From Eledone cirrhosa (Eukaryota): a stretch of 64,000 nt of DNA. Under the pieces are notes generated by a model. It did no database searches and was not told the origin of the DNA. It worked only from the letters and a program-made list of their open reading frames with translations. This document shows positions 14,416-28,377 of this stretch, in pieces. The first letter of the stretch is position 1. Every line of letters starts with the position of its first letter. The position numbers and the translations under genes are program-made. The stretch lies in the NCBI GenBank assembly GCA_964016885.1, contig OZ024741.1:346332001-346396000 (forward strand). Direction: 5' to 3'.

Positions 14416-14630
14416 CAACTTACAATTAAGGACAAAATGAAAACACACACAGGACAAAATGAAAACACACACACACATAGAACAAACAACTTACAATTAA
14501 GGACAACATGAAAACACACACAGGACAAAATGAAAACACACACACACATAGAACAAACAACTTACAATTAAGGACAACATGAAAACACACACAGGACAAA
14601 ATGAAAACACACACACACATAGAACAAACA
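14416..14630 (+). repeat. about 71-bp tandem repeat, three units, in PLE 3'UTR
   Basis: Unit acaacttacaattaaggaca..catagaacaa; single copy in the 60 kb relative. Confidence 0.85.
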
Positions 14631-14803
14631 ACCAACCAACAATAAATAAATAAAATAAATAAACAAATAGATAAATGAACACAAACACACACAGACACCC
14701 GGATGTGACGCATGCGCAAACTGAGCACACAACACACACACAGAAACAAAATGGCGTAGGATAGAAGAAAGGAAAGGCACAGAAACAAAGGAAAGGAATC
14801 CCC

Positions 14804-14848
14804 AGTCACTGAAGAGGTCACAGAGTGTGTGACGAAAGGACTATGACT
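14804..14848 (+). ncRNA. minimal type I hammerhead ribozyme, family E
   Basis: agtca CTGAAGA ggtcacagagtgtgtgac GAA AGGACT A tgact. Confidence 0.78.
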
Positions 14849-15044
14849 ATATATAAACAACTATCTGGTTGTGGAACCAACCAACCAACCAGAAATTTAT
14901 AAGTTTGTAAATTTGTAAATTTATAAATTTATAAATATATAATAAATTGAAGTGAAAGCAACTGGTGCGTGTGTTTCTTATTGGCAACATGACCCTCCCA
15001 AAGTATAACAATATATATATATGTATATATATATATGTATATAT

Positions 15045-15412
15045 ATCTATCTATCTAAGGCGGGTAAAATTCCCGAGATCCATGGACGAGTTCTCTCCAA
15101 CGGTCTCTGTCCCTCATTATCGCTGCCATGTCCAGCATCTCCAACAGACCAGTGTCTGTCCTTAGGGCTTCAACATACGTTAACCTCGGTCTTCCTCTTC
15201 TAGTGTGTCCATGTAGGGGCTCCCAAAGGAGTACTGAGTGCAATGTCAACTCTGGATGTCGCTGAGCATGTCCAGCTAACCTCAGTCTCCTCTGTGTCAC
15301 TGTTGAGCTGACTTTTGGGATGCTCCCATACAGCTCTGAGTTTTTCATCCTCAGTGTATACTGATTAATGTTCAGAGCCATCCTCAGCATTCTCGTGCAG
15401 CACCCATCCACC
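15045..15412 (-). mobile_element. RTE-type LINE 3' fragment
   Basis: [39 protein letters not shown]; short (TAGA)n tail. Confidence 0.82.
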
Positions 15413-15417
15413 ATATG

Positions 15418-15451
<34 letters not shown>

Positions 15452-15873
15452 TGTATATATATGTATATATATATATATATATGTATATCTATATATATGT
15501 ATATATATATATATATGTATATATAATATATATGTATGTATATATATATATATATATGTATATATAATATATATGTATGTATATATAATATATATGTATG
15601 TATATATAATATATATGTATGTATATATAATATATATGTATGTATATATAATATATATGTATGTATATATAATATATATGTATGTATATATATAATATAT
15701 ATGTATGTATATATAATATATATGTATGTATATATATAATATATATGTATGTATATATAATATATATGTATGTATATATAATATATATGTATGTATATAT
15801 AATATATATGTATGTATATATATATAATAAATATGTATGTATATATATATAATATGTATGTATATATATAATA

Positions 15874-15904
<31 letters not shown>

Positions 15905-15905
<1 letters not shown>

Positions 15906-16037
15906 GTTTTAATATAGATGAGATTCTACAGGACTAGAACTGTTTCATTCATTAGAAATCATCAGGAATCAGATTCCTGATGATTTCTAATGAATGAAAC
16001 AGTTCTAGTCCTGTAGAATCTCATCTATATTAAAACT
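15905..16037. repeat. perfect palindrome of about 66-bp arms made of two back-to-back HHRs
   Basis: 15905-15970 is the exact reverse complement of 15972-16037. Confidence 0.92.
15971..16021 (+). ncRNA. type I hammerhead ribozyme, family F (mirror copy 15921-15970 on -)
   Basis: agattc CTGATGA tttctaatgaat GAA Acag ttctagtc ctgT A gaatct; GUA site. Confidence 0.88.
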
Positions 16038-16103
16038 GTTATACTCTGCTATGTATTGAGTACCTTACTTACTGTGGTTACCTCCGATTCAACCCGGAAT
16101 AAC

Positions 16104-16169
<66 letters not shown>

Positions 16170-16170
16170 G

Positions 16171-16253
<83 letters not shown>

Positions 16254-16458
16254 TTATAAGTTTGTATATATATAATATATATGTATATATATATATGTAT
16301 ATATATATATATGTATATATATGTATGTATATATAATATATATGTATGTATATATATATAATATATATGTATGTATATATAATATATATGTATATATATA
16401 TTAAATTAATAAAAATAATGAATAAAAACAAAGAAACAGTTCCTTATATTAAAAAATT

Positions 16459-16594
16459 CATCATTTTACGATCGTTTCTAGGATATATATGTGTGTGTTG
16501 GTATGTATATCATATAGATCTATGTAAAAGTTTTACAAACTATCAGAGGGAATATACATACCTACACATATATATGCTGTCTTCAGAAATAATG
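16459..16594 (-). ncRNA. type I hammerhead ribozyme with very long stem II, family G
   Basis: Minus strand: cattattt CTGAAGA [about 100-nt hairpin: atatatatgtgt/acacatatatat, ggtatgtatat/atatacatacc] GAA ACGATCGT A aaatgatg. Confidence 0.8.
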
Positions 16595-16618
16595 TATATA
16601 TATATATATATATATATG

Positions 16619-16710
<92 letters not shown>

Positions 16711-17696
16711 CCCGCAAATGTATAATATACCCGCAGGTCATTCAGCTCAGACAAGAATTCAAGCCTCGTGCGAAGAACTCAATTGGATATGAAAAAATAA
16801 ATATATGTGTGCACTGTTTACGGACACATAGAGATATTTTCTCAGGCAAAATTACAGACATGAGATACAGCAACAAGCAATCAATATTCATATAAAAAAT
16901 AAACAAAGAGAGCCATACCTTATATCGGGAAAGTTCATGTCTGGTGATCCAAGAGTATAATACATAATTACATAAACGGAAAAAGCTATTAGCGATACAT
17001 ATATATATATATATGTATTTTAACTATGGTAACTTTAGAAGTAAAAGGGGGAGCGGAAAAGTGAGAGAATGCTAGCCAGAGGGAGATATAAAGAAGTTAT
17101 AGAAAACAAAGAAACTGGTGGGTGGTATTTTGTAGCAATATCTAGGATTGTAATGTATCTAATCTGTGACAATATGACAATCACAGAAGATTAGACAACT
17201 GTTGATGTGAATACTCCGGAGTTTGTGGTATTCTGGTCTACATTTAATTTCCCTTTTGTTTATGAAGTATATTCTTAACCATCGGACAAGAAGAGTATTT
17301 GTATATGCACAGCCTGCTTTCCGTGATCTGTCTATATAGCTCTTATGTCACAAAGCGCTCACCATTTTAAGTTATAGAGTTCAAGTACCAAGTTTCGGTA
17401 ACGACACTGTGTCTGAATGATGTCACATTTTATTGATTCTCTGTTTGGAACTAACTTTAATTAAGCCGAAATGCAACTTTCTCCATCATTCTGACCGGAG
17501 TGTATGAGATAACAGCTGTCACTAAACTGGCAGTCTTGGTATTACGTAACTGGCTAAACAGGCATATGTCTTTTCTGCATAACAATATTGGTATTCATTC
17601 GGTTTCTGTTTAAATGTGATAATGAATTTTATATTAGGAGCACAGTGGTAGTAAATGTAACGAAAACGTCTAAGGACTTGCTTAATATATTAATGA

Positions 17697-19800
17697 CTAG
17701 CAGTTTAGCCCGGCCTTGCTCGGGTTTGTTCATTTGCTATGAAAAGTTACATACAGGTAAACGTGGCTTGAAAGCGAATAAGCTTATCAATTAACTGCAT
17801 AAAGCAGTTGAACCGTTTATTAAAAGTTACGAACCAATTAGCATTTTGGTCAATCAATGATGGGTTAATAATCTTCCAATAGCGAATTTAGTAGACCAAA
17901 GTTGCAAGATCGTGGTCCTGATGCCGCTGGGTGTCAGATCTGTCCGCCATGGGATACCCTACCAGGAAATAGTGTTCCAGAGGGCATAGCTCCAACACCT
18001 GCACCAACATCTATAGCACCTCTTTGTAGACGATATTGCGTGTCATCCCTTCAGGAGAGTAAGCAAAAAGTCCATTCCTGCTCCCTACGCGAGAACAGGC
18101 AACATAAAGTTGGCCATGGGAGAAGTATGGCTCCCCCAAATAGATGCCCGCCACCGACAATGTTTGCCCTTGTGACTTGGACATGGCAAAACATGGTCTC
18201 ACTGGGAATTGGGATCGCCGGAAATCGAACGGGATATCTGACGCCGAGGGGAAAAGGTTTATCCTTGGAATGAAAATATTCTCCCCACTTCCGCATCCCG
18301 TTACTATGTTGGCCTCAATCAAGTGGGGTGTCAGTGACTTGACGACCATGCAAGTACCGTTGCACTGCTTTGGTGGACGCAAGTTCCTTATTAGCATAAT
18401 GGGACAGCCAACCCTAAGCTTAATAATGTGAGGTGGGCGCCCTGGGGCTCAAGGGAATTTAATAACTCAACCGGATAATCAACGATATCGTCGGGGTCTG
18501 ACGTCCGGTCGATAGATTTGAAGATGTGCTCTTTACCGGGAATCTTCTCAATCAGCTGCTCGTTAATAAAATTAACCATGGTATTTTTCGGAGCAAGGAT
18601 GTCTTTTTCGCTGAGCCAATTGAGGGTTTTAAAGTTAGATGAGACATCAGAAAAAACTGCTTCCCAAATATCAGAAGGGCTGCTCACAATGTTGCACAGG
18701 GAGTCGATTGCTATGCCGCCCTTGTCATCAGCAGGGACCTTGTCCTCATCAAGTGCTAAAATGTTCTGAGCAAATGCTGCACCCTTGTGTGCCATTGTGC
18801 ACTCATCCCAAACAATGAGGCAACATCTTTTGAGAACCAGAGCTTTGTATAAACTCTTGCTGATATTGCATGTTGGTGTCTCAGTTTTTAATAAATCCAA
18901 AGGGAGTTTAAAGGTTGAATGTGCTGTCCTGCCTCCCGGCAGCAAAGTAGCAGCGATCCCGGACATTGCAACGGACAACGCAACTCTTTTTCCTGATGAA
19001 TCTTAGCGAGAATCAATTTCGTGGGGGGGTCCGTTTTTTATTTGGGGGGATCCGTTTTTTATTGGGGGGAGGGGGGGCGTTTTTTAATTTGGAATCCGTT
19101 TTTTATTTGGAGGGTGTCCGTTTTCATGGGGGTGGGGCGTTTTTTATTGTGTATGGAGGGGTCGATTTTTTTATTGGGGGGGTGTCCGTTTTTATTTGGG
19201 GCGTGGGGGGGGGGGGGGGGGGCGTTTTTATGAGGGGGTGATCCAAATGTATCGAACTGGTAAAGTTTGAAGAAACCAGCCAGAGTGTTCTCTTTTGGAT
19301 CGGCGTCAACTTGGTGACGGTTTGGTCCGTAAAGTAAACCCTTTGCCCATTTTCCAAATGTACCGCATGCTGTACGATGGCGGGGTACCGTTGGTGTAGG
19401 GGTAAACCAAATAGGCGCCAAAAAGCTTCATTGCTACTGATGGATGTACCGCCCCGCCAGGTATTCTGTGACCTCGTCCCTGTTATTTTCAGCTTGAAAT
19501 GCGAACATTGCGGCATCAGAGCCCTTATTTACATATTTGCATATGTATTTTATCGACTTGACGGAGTTGCAAAACTCAACGTTGATGTGGGCGTTGAACA
19601 TCTTCAAGAGAAGCGGGCAGTAATGTGAGCATGTGGCAGCCCTCGTTTTTGCCATTCGACAGTGAACATGTCACATTTTACAGCCCCAATTACTTGACCG
19701 TTTTTTATTAAAGCCATGAGTTTAGCCTGTTTCAGTCTGAACACTGGCAATGAGGTCATGTCTGTTCGAATAATTTTGCCCAGGAAAAAGTTCACTGGTT
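17697..19800 (-). mobile_element. Helitron, internally deleted and decayed
   Basis: Rep motifs VEWQKRGLPHAH, KYICKYVNKG; Pif1 helicase ATLLPGGRTAHS, IVWDE, QFPV..KSQGQT, FSHGQLYVACSRV; 3' hairpin cccgagcaaggccggg then CTAG|T at 17697. Confidence 0.9.
19020..19240. repeat. G-rich degenerate minisatellite (ggggtccgttttttatt) inside the Helitron
   Basis: Direct read; replaces the Rep-helicase junction. Confidence 0.75.
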
Positions 19801-20283
19801 ACATTCCGATTCATATGTTATATGAAGTGTTATTTTGCGGGTTGTTATTTGCAATAAGCCGGTTGAAATGCCCCAGATAAGCCGTATGTCAATACGGAAC
19901 GCTCATTACGGAACGCTCCACTGCAGTGTTGTCATATAGGGAGTGAAGAGCAACAGAGAGAATAAAGCAGTTAAATTATAGAGAGAGGGAATATACGGAA
20001 CGCTCCATTTGATCATAAACATTGTTTCTCTCTATGCAGTGTTGTCATATAGGAAGTGAAGAGCGACAGAGAGAGTAAAGCAGTTAAATTATAGAGAGGG
20101 GGAATGATCATGATCGATTTCTGCCCTTATTGTTGATGGATTTGAAATTTCTTTGCCTCAGGACCTTTTCCTGACCAGAAGCAATAATTGTCCCGACGTT
20201 GAATAAAATCTGTTGGAAATTGTGGACGTGCATATGTTACAAACCTTAACAAACACATCCTCAGATTTATATATTTAGATATA

Positions 20284-23200
20284 CTAGTAGAAGTGCCCGG
20301 CGTTGATTGGCGTTTAATTGCTTTAAAGTACTTTGAATGATTCCACTCAATTATGAATATTGAGGCATTGAAAGTAAATACGGGTAAGTTTGAAAATATA
20401 CAACAATAGCATCTACTCACTATCAGACCGGCAAGACTGCAGTGGTACTGAATAGAGGAGTCACAACACTTCTATGTAGACCAGATCTTTTGTTCTGCCT
20501 TTGGGCGCAAGTATGAATAAGTCCTGCTTGCATCCCACTCTTGAGCATGTGACGTATAATTGGCCGTGTGAGAAGCACGGCTGGGCCAAATGCAGGCGTG
20601 CCGTTGATAGCGTTTGGCCTTGGGACTTGTTGATTGACATCGCGAAGCAAAGTTTAACGGGGAATTGAAGTCGGCGCAGAGTACAGGGGCATTCCGCACC
20701 TGATGGAGTTAATGGTATTCTGGGTATGAAAACGTTTTCTCCAGCGCCGCAGCCCATGAGAATTGTGGCTTCAATTACATGCGGCAGGAGGTTTCTTACC
20801 ACTAACCGTGTTCCGTAGCAGAGACGCGGCGGTTCCAGGTTCCTCAACAGCATGACTGGTGTCCCAACTTTGATGCGCAGTTCATGAGGTGGCAGTCCAG
20901 AGAGGTCCAAGGAATTGAGGAATTCTGTTGGAAAATAGTCAACCTCATCTTTGTCCACCACTTTGTCCACATATTTGTAGGTACGGAGGTTTCCAGGGAT
21001 GTGTTGCAGAGAGTCCTCATTGCTTTTTGCAACTGAGGCATTTTTGGGAGCCAATATGGCTCTATCGCACAGCTAACTCGTGTTTTTATAGTTGGTCGCC
21101 ATATCGAGACAGACAGAGGCTGTGAGGTCGTCAACAGTGTCGGCAACGGGGGCTACTTGCGAGACTGCCATATCTCCAACTGCATCTGAAGGTGCAGTGC
21201 CGTCACCAACTGTTAAGAGGTCCTTTGAGAAGTCGGCTGCTGAGTGGTCGCCGAGCAATTGGGCTCTCATGTTTGTTGTGAGGGTCAGGATTGTCACTTC
21301 CTGCCACAGGGGAGATGACTTAATGCAAGTCCCCACACTGTCGGCCCTGGTGGCTTTTGGAACAACTGGAAGAGTTTGTCGAAAATCGCCAGACAGGAGT
21401 AGAGGTACTTCTCCCATCGGCCGGTTGCATTCCCTGATGTCTCGTAGGGTCCTGTCTAAGCCTCAAGGGACCCTTTATAGGCCATTGTGCATTCGTCCCA
21501 CCCACACAACTAGGTGGCATCTTTTCAAGACTTCAGCTTTGTGAGAGTCCTTGGTGATGTTGCAGATTATTGTGTCGTCTGAAGTCGTGTTGAATGGCAG
21601 TTTAAATGCGGAATGAGCTGTTCTACCTCCGGGCAGCAGAGTTGCAGCAATGCCAGAAGAAGCAACAGCCAGGGCGATTCCTTTCTGCTGTCGCAATTTG
21701 GGGAGGGGAAGTTTATTGACAAATATTTTACCAGTTCCTCCTGCGGCGTCCAAAAAGAAGATACCTCCTCTGCGTTGACGAATGGAAGTGCAAACTGTGT
21801 CATACACCTGCTGTTGGTTCTGCAACAATTTTGGCTCGTTTTCGTTGATGAACAGTTCGAGGTTGTGGACGTCGGCGGCAGTTTCCTGAATTATGCCCGT
21901 CGGAAGTTTGTCCGAGCCCGTTCGCTGAACTTTTGGCAGTCCATAGAATGGAAGGTCATTTCCGCCGGCAGTTAGGATTTTGTCCTCGATGTCAATGAGA
22001 ACATTGTTGAAGAATTCGTCGCTGAGTCGTACGTCGGAATGAGGGAGTAGGAGTTGTTCTTGGTGTATGTAGTCATCGGAAAAGTCCTCTTTGTATTTCT
22101 CCCATAATGATGCAGGGTCGCTTAACTCGCATGTATGCAGTAGCACCGCAAAGAGTTGCCGAAGAGTTCGCGCTGAGCGTATTGTAGCTGCATCCGCCAA
22201 TGTCGCATCCCACTGAGAGCCATCTTCCAGTAGACTCCGTCTAAGGCAGGCTGCGCGGAATGAAGTACAAAGCTCTCCATTGATTGTTTTCAGATCGTCG
22301 AAAGATGTCGGTCCTACCACGTCATGCAGTAGAAGGCGGAGATAAAAGCATTCCTGTTGGTTAGGATGAATGGTGTACACTCTCCCAAGGGTAGGGGACA
22401 TTTTAATGTCTGGATGTCCCTCGACGGTTGTCCTTTCACCTTTCTTAACCAAATTCTGTTGTCTATGTTCCATGTGTAGTATGATGGCACCTGAAAGTAG
22501 AAGATGGTCTTGGCGAAGGGATCGTTTCGGCATAACTTAAAAAATTCCGTAAGTGTGGTGTCCTTGGGTTCCTCTGCTATATCAGCAGCGGTGCACTGCC
22601 AACTGTTTGATTGGGGGTAGTTATGGTGTATTGCAAAGTGGAAGAATCGCCAGAACGCTTCATTGCTGCGGATGTATCGGCCGACCTGGTATCGAGTTAC
22701 TTCGTCTCGGTTGTTCTCCATTGTAAGACCAAAGGACGCAGCAGCGGACCCCTTATTTATATACTTGCAGACGTACTTTATCGATTTGACGGAGTGGCAG
22801 TATTCAACGTTAATGTGGGCGTTAAACAATTTAAGCAGAAGTGGGCAGTAGGGTACAATGCACCGGTTGTCGACGTTGTGATGTGGTGTTTTCGCAACAA
22901 TTCCTCCATCCGCTGGCTCCCTGCCGCGGTATGATGGATACGTTTCTCGGAGGAATGGCCTAGGATACCTCTTGGTGCACCTTCTTTCTTTAATGCATGG
23001 AGAATTCATGTTGAGAGCGTTTCCGCATGGCCCATGAACCATGTGAGCAGTGACGATGTTGTGGAGTTCTCTGTCCAATTTTGGGTCGGGTATTTCTGCT
23101 GAAATTATGCTGTCAATGATGCTTGCGTTGATTTTCGTTATCAGCCAAATGGGTAGGTGAGCGTGTGGCAGGCTTCTATTTTGCCACTCAACGGTGTATA

Positions 23201-24873
23201 CGTAGCACCTAACAGGTCCAAAGGCCTTACCTGATTTTAGGAGTTCAATAAGTTTTGTCAACTTCAAATGAAAGAGACTCGTGCCGTAAGATCGTGTCTG
23301 TCTGACGCCCTTTGTCCGGGGAATAATTCCGCGGTAATTTCATTCCACTTATGGTTGCATGTTGAAGTGATGAAGAGATCCGGTCTGCCGTAGAGACGCA
23401 CGTTCGTCATAGCATCCTGTGTGCGTTCACTCATGTATCGGGGACTCCCAATGAAGGTCGACGGAAGGATACAATGTTTTCCTAGGTTCTCGGGATCGAC
23501 GTCATTCCTTACTCCATCCCGTAAGTGAATGTAGCTGTCCGAACGAAGGCGTGCTTGATTGTTCCTTATGTAGCACAACCTTTCAGATTCCATCTTTGCG
23601 CACGCGTCTACAGCAAGCTGGTTGAAGAGTACTCTTGCACGGTGGAGTTGGTTAAAGCAGCATTCGCGGACCATGAATCGGTAGGTGTAGAATTGCATAG
23701 AGGAAACAGTTTTATTGCTATTGCACAAAGGAATTCCAAAGTGGTATCCATCGTCACCGAATGGGAAAAGTAGGGGATATTGGAATGCGTCGTAGGACCT
23801 ATACGTCTCGCTGATCTGTTGCAGACTATTGTCCCTACACTGAAGTATGATGTCCCGCTTGTACTGTTCTCCGTGAAGAAGCACAGCTATTTCATTGCAC
23901 GTGGGAGTGTTAAAACGTCTGGCGTGGGTGCCTGGTGGTTTCCTGTCAGCGTCGATTATAACAGCAAAATTTGGCAACGGAGCAGCCTCTAATGCGCTTT
24001 TAAAACTGCGAATGTAGTTGTTGTTTTCGTGCAGCATTCTCTTCTGGAGTTGCAACAGAATTTTCATGTCTGTGCCAGGCGAAATTGAAGCGTGTCGTTC
24101 CGCTTGGTCTAAATAGTCAGTGATAAAGTATAGCTGTAGGAACTTGGGCTGTCCGTCTGTCGTAGGCAGTAGCGAACCGATTCTGTGGTAAATTTGTCCT
24201 CGAACTTTAAAGGTAGGCATGAAGCCGTCCTCGCGTATGATGTTAGCTCCGAAAGAGGTCATTTGAGAGGCAGCGTTGTATCTCCTGGAACATCGAAGGA
24301 AGTGTTCCGACTCCGCTGTGGCACCGGTCAGTAGAGACTTCAAAGGTTGTGGTGATTCCTGTAGAGAAGGCAGTTTCACTTTGCCGCCAGAGCAGCACAT
24401 CCCTGAAGTCCCCCCAGGCCATTTTTTTGCCCGACAATATTGGCAAATGGCATACATAGATCCAATCTGAACTTCTGGCATCAGTGCATAGTTTACTGTT
24501 GGGTCATAGGGGAAAGCCTTATGAGACCACTGTGTGCAACTGATCCTCTGTGTACCTCGTTTAACACTCCTGCGGAGTGCGTTGGCGTTTAGCCTTTGTA
24601 ATTGAATTTGCTCAGTCTCTGATGCGCGAACGGAAGCTGTTGAAGCGGCGTCCGTACGTCGACGTCTGGAACGCTGCCCTTCGTCCTCGGCAGCACGTGA
24701 CGCAGCGGTGGAGGCCGCATTTTTGCTTCGTCGTCGAGAATGTTGTTCATCAATTTGCGCTGCACGTGCAAATGCAGTTACAAATGCATTTTCGGAAAGG
24801 CGGATGGTCCTTTTTATTCTGTCTCGGTTGCCCGGGTAATTGCATTTCGAGCTGCATTTTGTGACAATATACC

Positions 24874-24907
<34 letters not shown>

Positions 24908-24908
24908 A
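20284..24908 (-). mobile_element. near full-length Helitron (RepHel), frameshifted
   Basis: Zn finger CQYC..CCSGG; GRPDLFIT; VEWQNRSLPHAH; KYVCKYINKG; DAAGGTGK; GDFRQTLPV; SINKSQGQT; 3' end ..aacgccgggcacttcta CTAG|T at 20284; candidate 5' A|TC at 24908. Confidence 0.92.
20461..24481 (-). pseudogene. Helitron Rep/Pif1-helicase ORF in five pieces
   Basis: ORFs 23264-24481, 22314-23267, 21475-22533, 21073-21417 and 20461-21054 are colinear. Confidence 0.9.
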
Positions 24909-26240
24909 TGAATGATAACTCTTCATAAAACATTAGAGAAATTATAATAAGATTGACGAAGGACGCAAGGCCCCAAAGAAGCAATACTCTGATAAAAAAT
25001 CAAAACATTTTTGTCAAATGAAAGGAGCAGAGAAATTAACTTCTTAGAGTTGTAAATCTCACACCTCTTCTATTAGGCAAAGTTGACATATGTATTTAGT
25101 CAATGTTGGATGTCTTTATACAATATAGTCTGTACCAAAACATATTTTACATTTATTCAACCATTTGTCTCTGAATCCAATTATACCTTGGCAATGCAGT
25201 TCCAAAACAGAAAACTTTTGTCATAAAATTATGGCCACTCCGACCAATGATGTGAGCGGTAGATAGTATCAGCAATGGAAAGCTTGTTTCCTTGGTCCGA
25301 TCTGATGCGTTCCACTCCCATTTTTTAGACGAATAATGTCTGGAATCTTGTTCATCAAACTCTATCCCTCAATATGCCAAACTACATCCTTCATTCACAA
25401 ACTGTAATATTATGCTTCTACTAATATTAGAAACTAGTCTGCGCAAAATGCTAGGTGCTTTGTTAGAAAAGTTAAATACAGAAACCAATTTTTCATCTTG
25501 CTCATTGTTATGACTAAAGTTATTTTTATCTACTGATAAGGTGGATAGATTTCCTTGTAATGCGTAATAATATTTCGGTAAAATGATTTATTAAATAATT
25601 AAATATTTTCCTAAATCTATCCATCATACATTCTTTCATGCGTCATACTATCAATACGTTTTCGTCCTTCCAACTTTTTCAGTATAATCCCAGGAATGTT
25701 CTTTGTAAAACAGTTTGTTCTATGAGTGCACACAATTAGGAATCATCATAGGAATTATGTAGTTATGTTTTTTATTGTCTAACAGTTTAATAGTTGACTA
25801 TTTGTTCTTTTTCTCTGTGTTTCTGATTTTACTCCGTTTATTCCATCTTGTTCTGGCATAAAGGAAAGCTAGAGTAGACAGTCATTGAGAAAATTATAGA
25901 ATTTACGTTCAAAGAGGTTTGACAAAACAAGCAATGCCTAATAATTAGGAAAATGACCATCCCCAAATATAACATGTTTCAACACACGATTTCATAATGA
26001 GAATCTTGCAACTCAAATACATAACCCCCGCCCCCACATATATATAGGATAACAAGATATCGTTTAAGGTAATCCAGCTAGAGCTTGTGAGTACTCTGTA
26101 ACGAGGATTTGGTTGGGTATCGACTGTAATCAAGGTCGAATGACGTAACGTCTAACGATCAGTGACTTTTAGACACACCGGATTAATGAATTAATTGTTA
26201 AACCCTATTGTAAAGCCGACCATGTTATTCTTCCTTCTTT

Positions 26241-26311
<71 letters not shown>

Positions 26312-26919
26312 ATACATAGGTCCTATATATATGAGTGCATATGGCAAATTTAGTGCAAGCAAAAAGTTAACAAAGAATGAATGTTTCATATTGAATTATA
26401 TTCCCTGTATTTCGTAAATGTCAGCTTCTGTCTAACACAACAGGGAAATATATCTACTCAAAATTCACTTAAACCTACTCATTGCACAATAGGGAATTTC
26501 AGGAAAACGACACTTACCCATATAAGTATCATAAAGAAAATAATATATTCGAGGCCCATCATTAACGATCCGAAAATTTAATTATTTTATTCCCAATTCT
26601 CGTTTTGTTTGATGGTATTGTCTTGAGAAATCCACCAATATATTAAGTGACTCTCGAATCGAGTATTTACTCTGAATCAATTTCAATAGATATATAAGTA
26701 ACATAATCATAGTTCCCATTATCTATAGTATATTTCATTATTTATTCTCGACACAGAGGGAATGTGATGTGGGAGAATATATCTTAAAAGCACTATCTTA
26801 GATTCCGCTACCCCTAATCTACAAACTAACATCATTTGTCTTCTTTATATACTATTAGTTCGGTCTCCCACCACTCTCTTTATACTTACACATGCACACA
26901 CAGACACACACATAGACAG

Positions 26920-26963
<44 letters not shown>

Positions 26964-27040
26964 ATATAATGTTATATATATATATTTAGTTGTAGTTAAT
27001 AGAATTATGGCTACATAGTAGAAAGTTCATTAAATACATT

Positions 27041-27226
27041 ATAATTGTTTCTACTTTCGGCACAAGGCCAGCAATTACCCAGTACATTACTGGTACTTTA
27101 TTTTATCGACCTCGTAAGGATGAAAGGCAAAGTTAACCTTGGCGGGATTTGAACTCAGATCGTAAAGGGACTTAACTATGCTGGAAAGCATGTCCAACCC
27201 TCTACCAATTCTGCCAATCCACCGCC
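27041..27226 (-). mobile_element. tRNA-derived SINE (octopod-like family)
   Basis: B box gagttcaaatccc, conserved body ctttgcctttcatcc..gtcgataaaataaagtacc; about 9 copies in window. Confidence 0.85.
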
Positions 27227-27681
27227 CTCATTATAATGATACAAGATCAGCATGAAAAAGATATCACTCTTACTCACATTTCCTTTCATTAAGTGATCAA
27301 TTAACTGGAATTTATAAATATTAAGTCATTATAAATGATCCCATATGGATGAAGTGAAATTTGAAATAGGCATTATTATAGCTGACATTGAAGCGGGAAT
27401 TCAACGTTATAATTCGCATCACTGTTATGAACTTGCATCATTGTTATGAAATCTTACGGAAGAACAACTTTGGCTGTTACATTCTGCGGTTTCAAAGGCC
27501 AATATTTTTATCTCCAAATATTGTTTGTAAAAAAAAAAAAAATTGCCTAATATGTTTAAAATACTAATGTCTTTCTCACCGACTGGAGACAAAGGAAAAC
27601 GAATCAGTTTTCAGGACCCCGGATGATTTAGCCATAGGGTACTATATACATTTCAACAGAACCATTTTATAAATAGATAAT

Positions 27682-27870
27682 AATTGTTTCTACTTTTGGC
27701 ACAAGGCCAGCAATTACCCAGTGCATTAGTAGTACTTTATTTTATCGACCTCGTAAGGATGAAAGGCAAATTTAACCTCGGCGGGATTTGAACTCAGACC
27801 ATAAAGGGCTGTAACTCTTTGCTGCAAAGCATGGCGTCCGACTCTCTACCGATACTGCCAAACGACCGCC
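27682..27870 (-). mobile_element. tRNA-derived SINE with 14-bp TSD
   Basis: TSD tataaatagataat at 27668-27681 and 27871-27884. Confidence 0.9.
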
Positions 27871-27893
27871 TATAAATAGATAATATATATATT

Positions 27894-28092
<199 letters not shown>

Positions 28093-28101
28093 GTATATAT
28101 T

Positions 28102-28264
<163 letters not shown>

Positions 28265-28317
28265 ATATTGGATTTTTGTTTTTTAAAATCCAAATTCAAT
28301 AAACAGACCAGGATTTT

Positions 28318-28377
28318 TTTCATTCTGAGGACTGAAAGCAAAATCTTTTGCTTTTAAGAAACCACTGGTAAATGGAA
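28318..28377 (+). ncRNA. type I hammerhead ribozyme, family H (mirror 38544-38603 on -)
   Basis: tttcatt CTGAGGA ctgaaagcaaaatcttttgcttttaa GAA ACCACTGGT A aatggaa. Confidence 0.82.

Larger units (their letters stand above)
13379..15012 (+). mobile_element. 5'-truncated PLE (Nematis-like) with 5' inversion of the GIY-YIG region
   Basis: 13379-13890 (-) mirrors 13896-14418 (+); NVVYSIRC..VYIGETARSIGERINEH; 3'UTR, HHR and end match 60088-60511. Confidence 0.88.

Noticed and set aside
14416-14630. CRISPR-like periodic repeats
   Set aside because: Plain tandem duplication with no unique spacers, in eukaryotic context with no cas genes
17902-24470. Plus-strand ORFs over the Helitrons and antisense ORFs over PLE/CRE elements
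   Set aside because: Shadow frames of transposon coding sequence with no recognisable motifs
24903-24940. HHR-like ttgatga atga..tcat aaaa
   Set aside because: Two core mismatches and no stem III; overlaps the candidate Helitron 5' end
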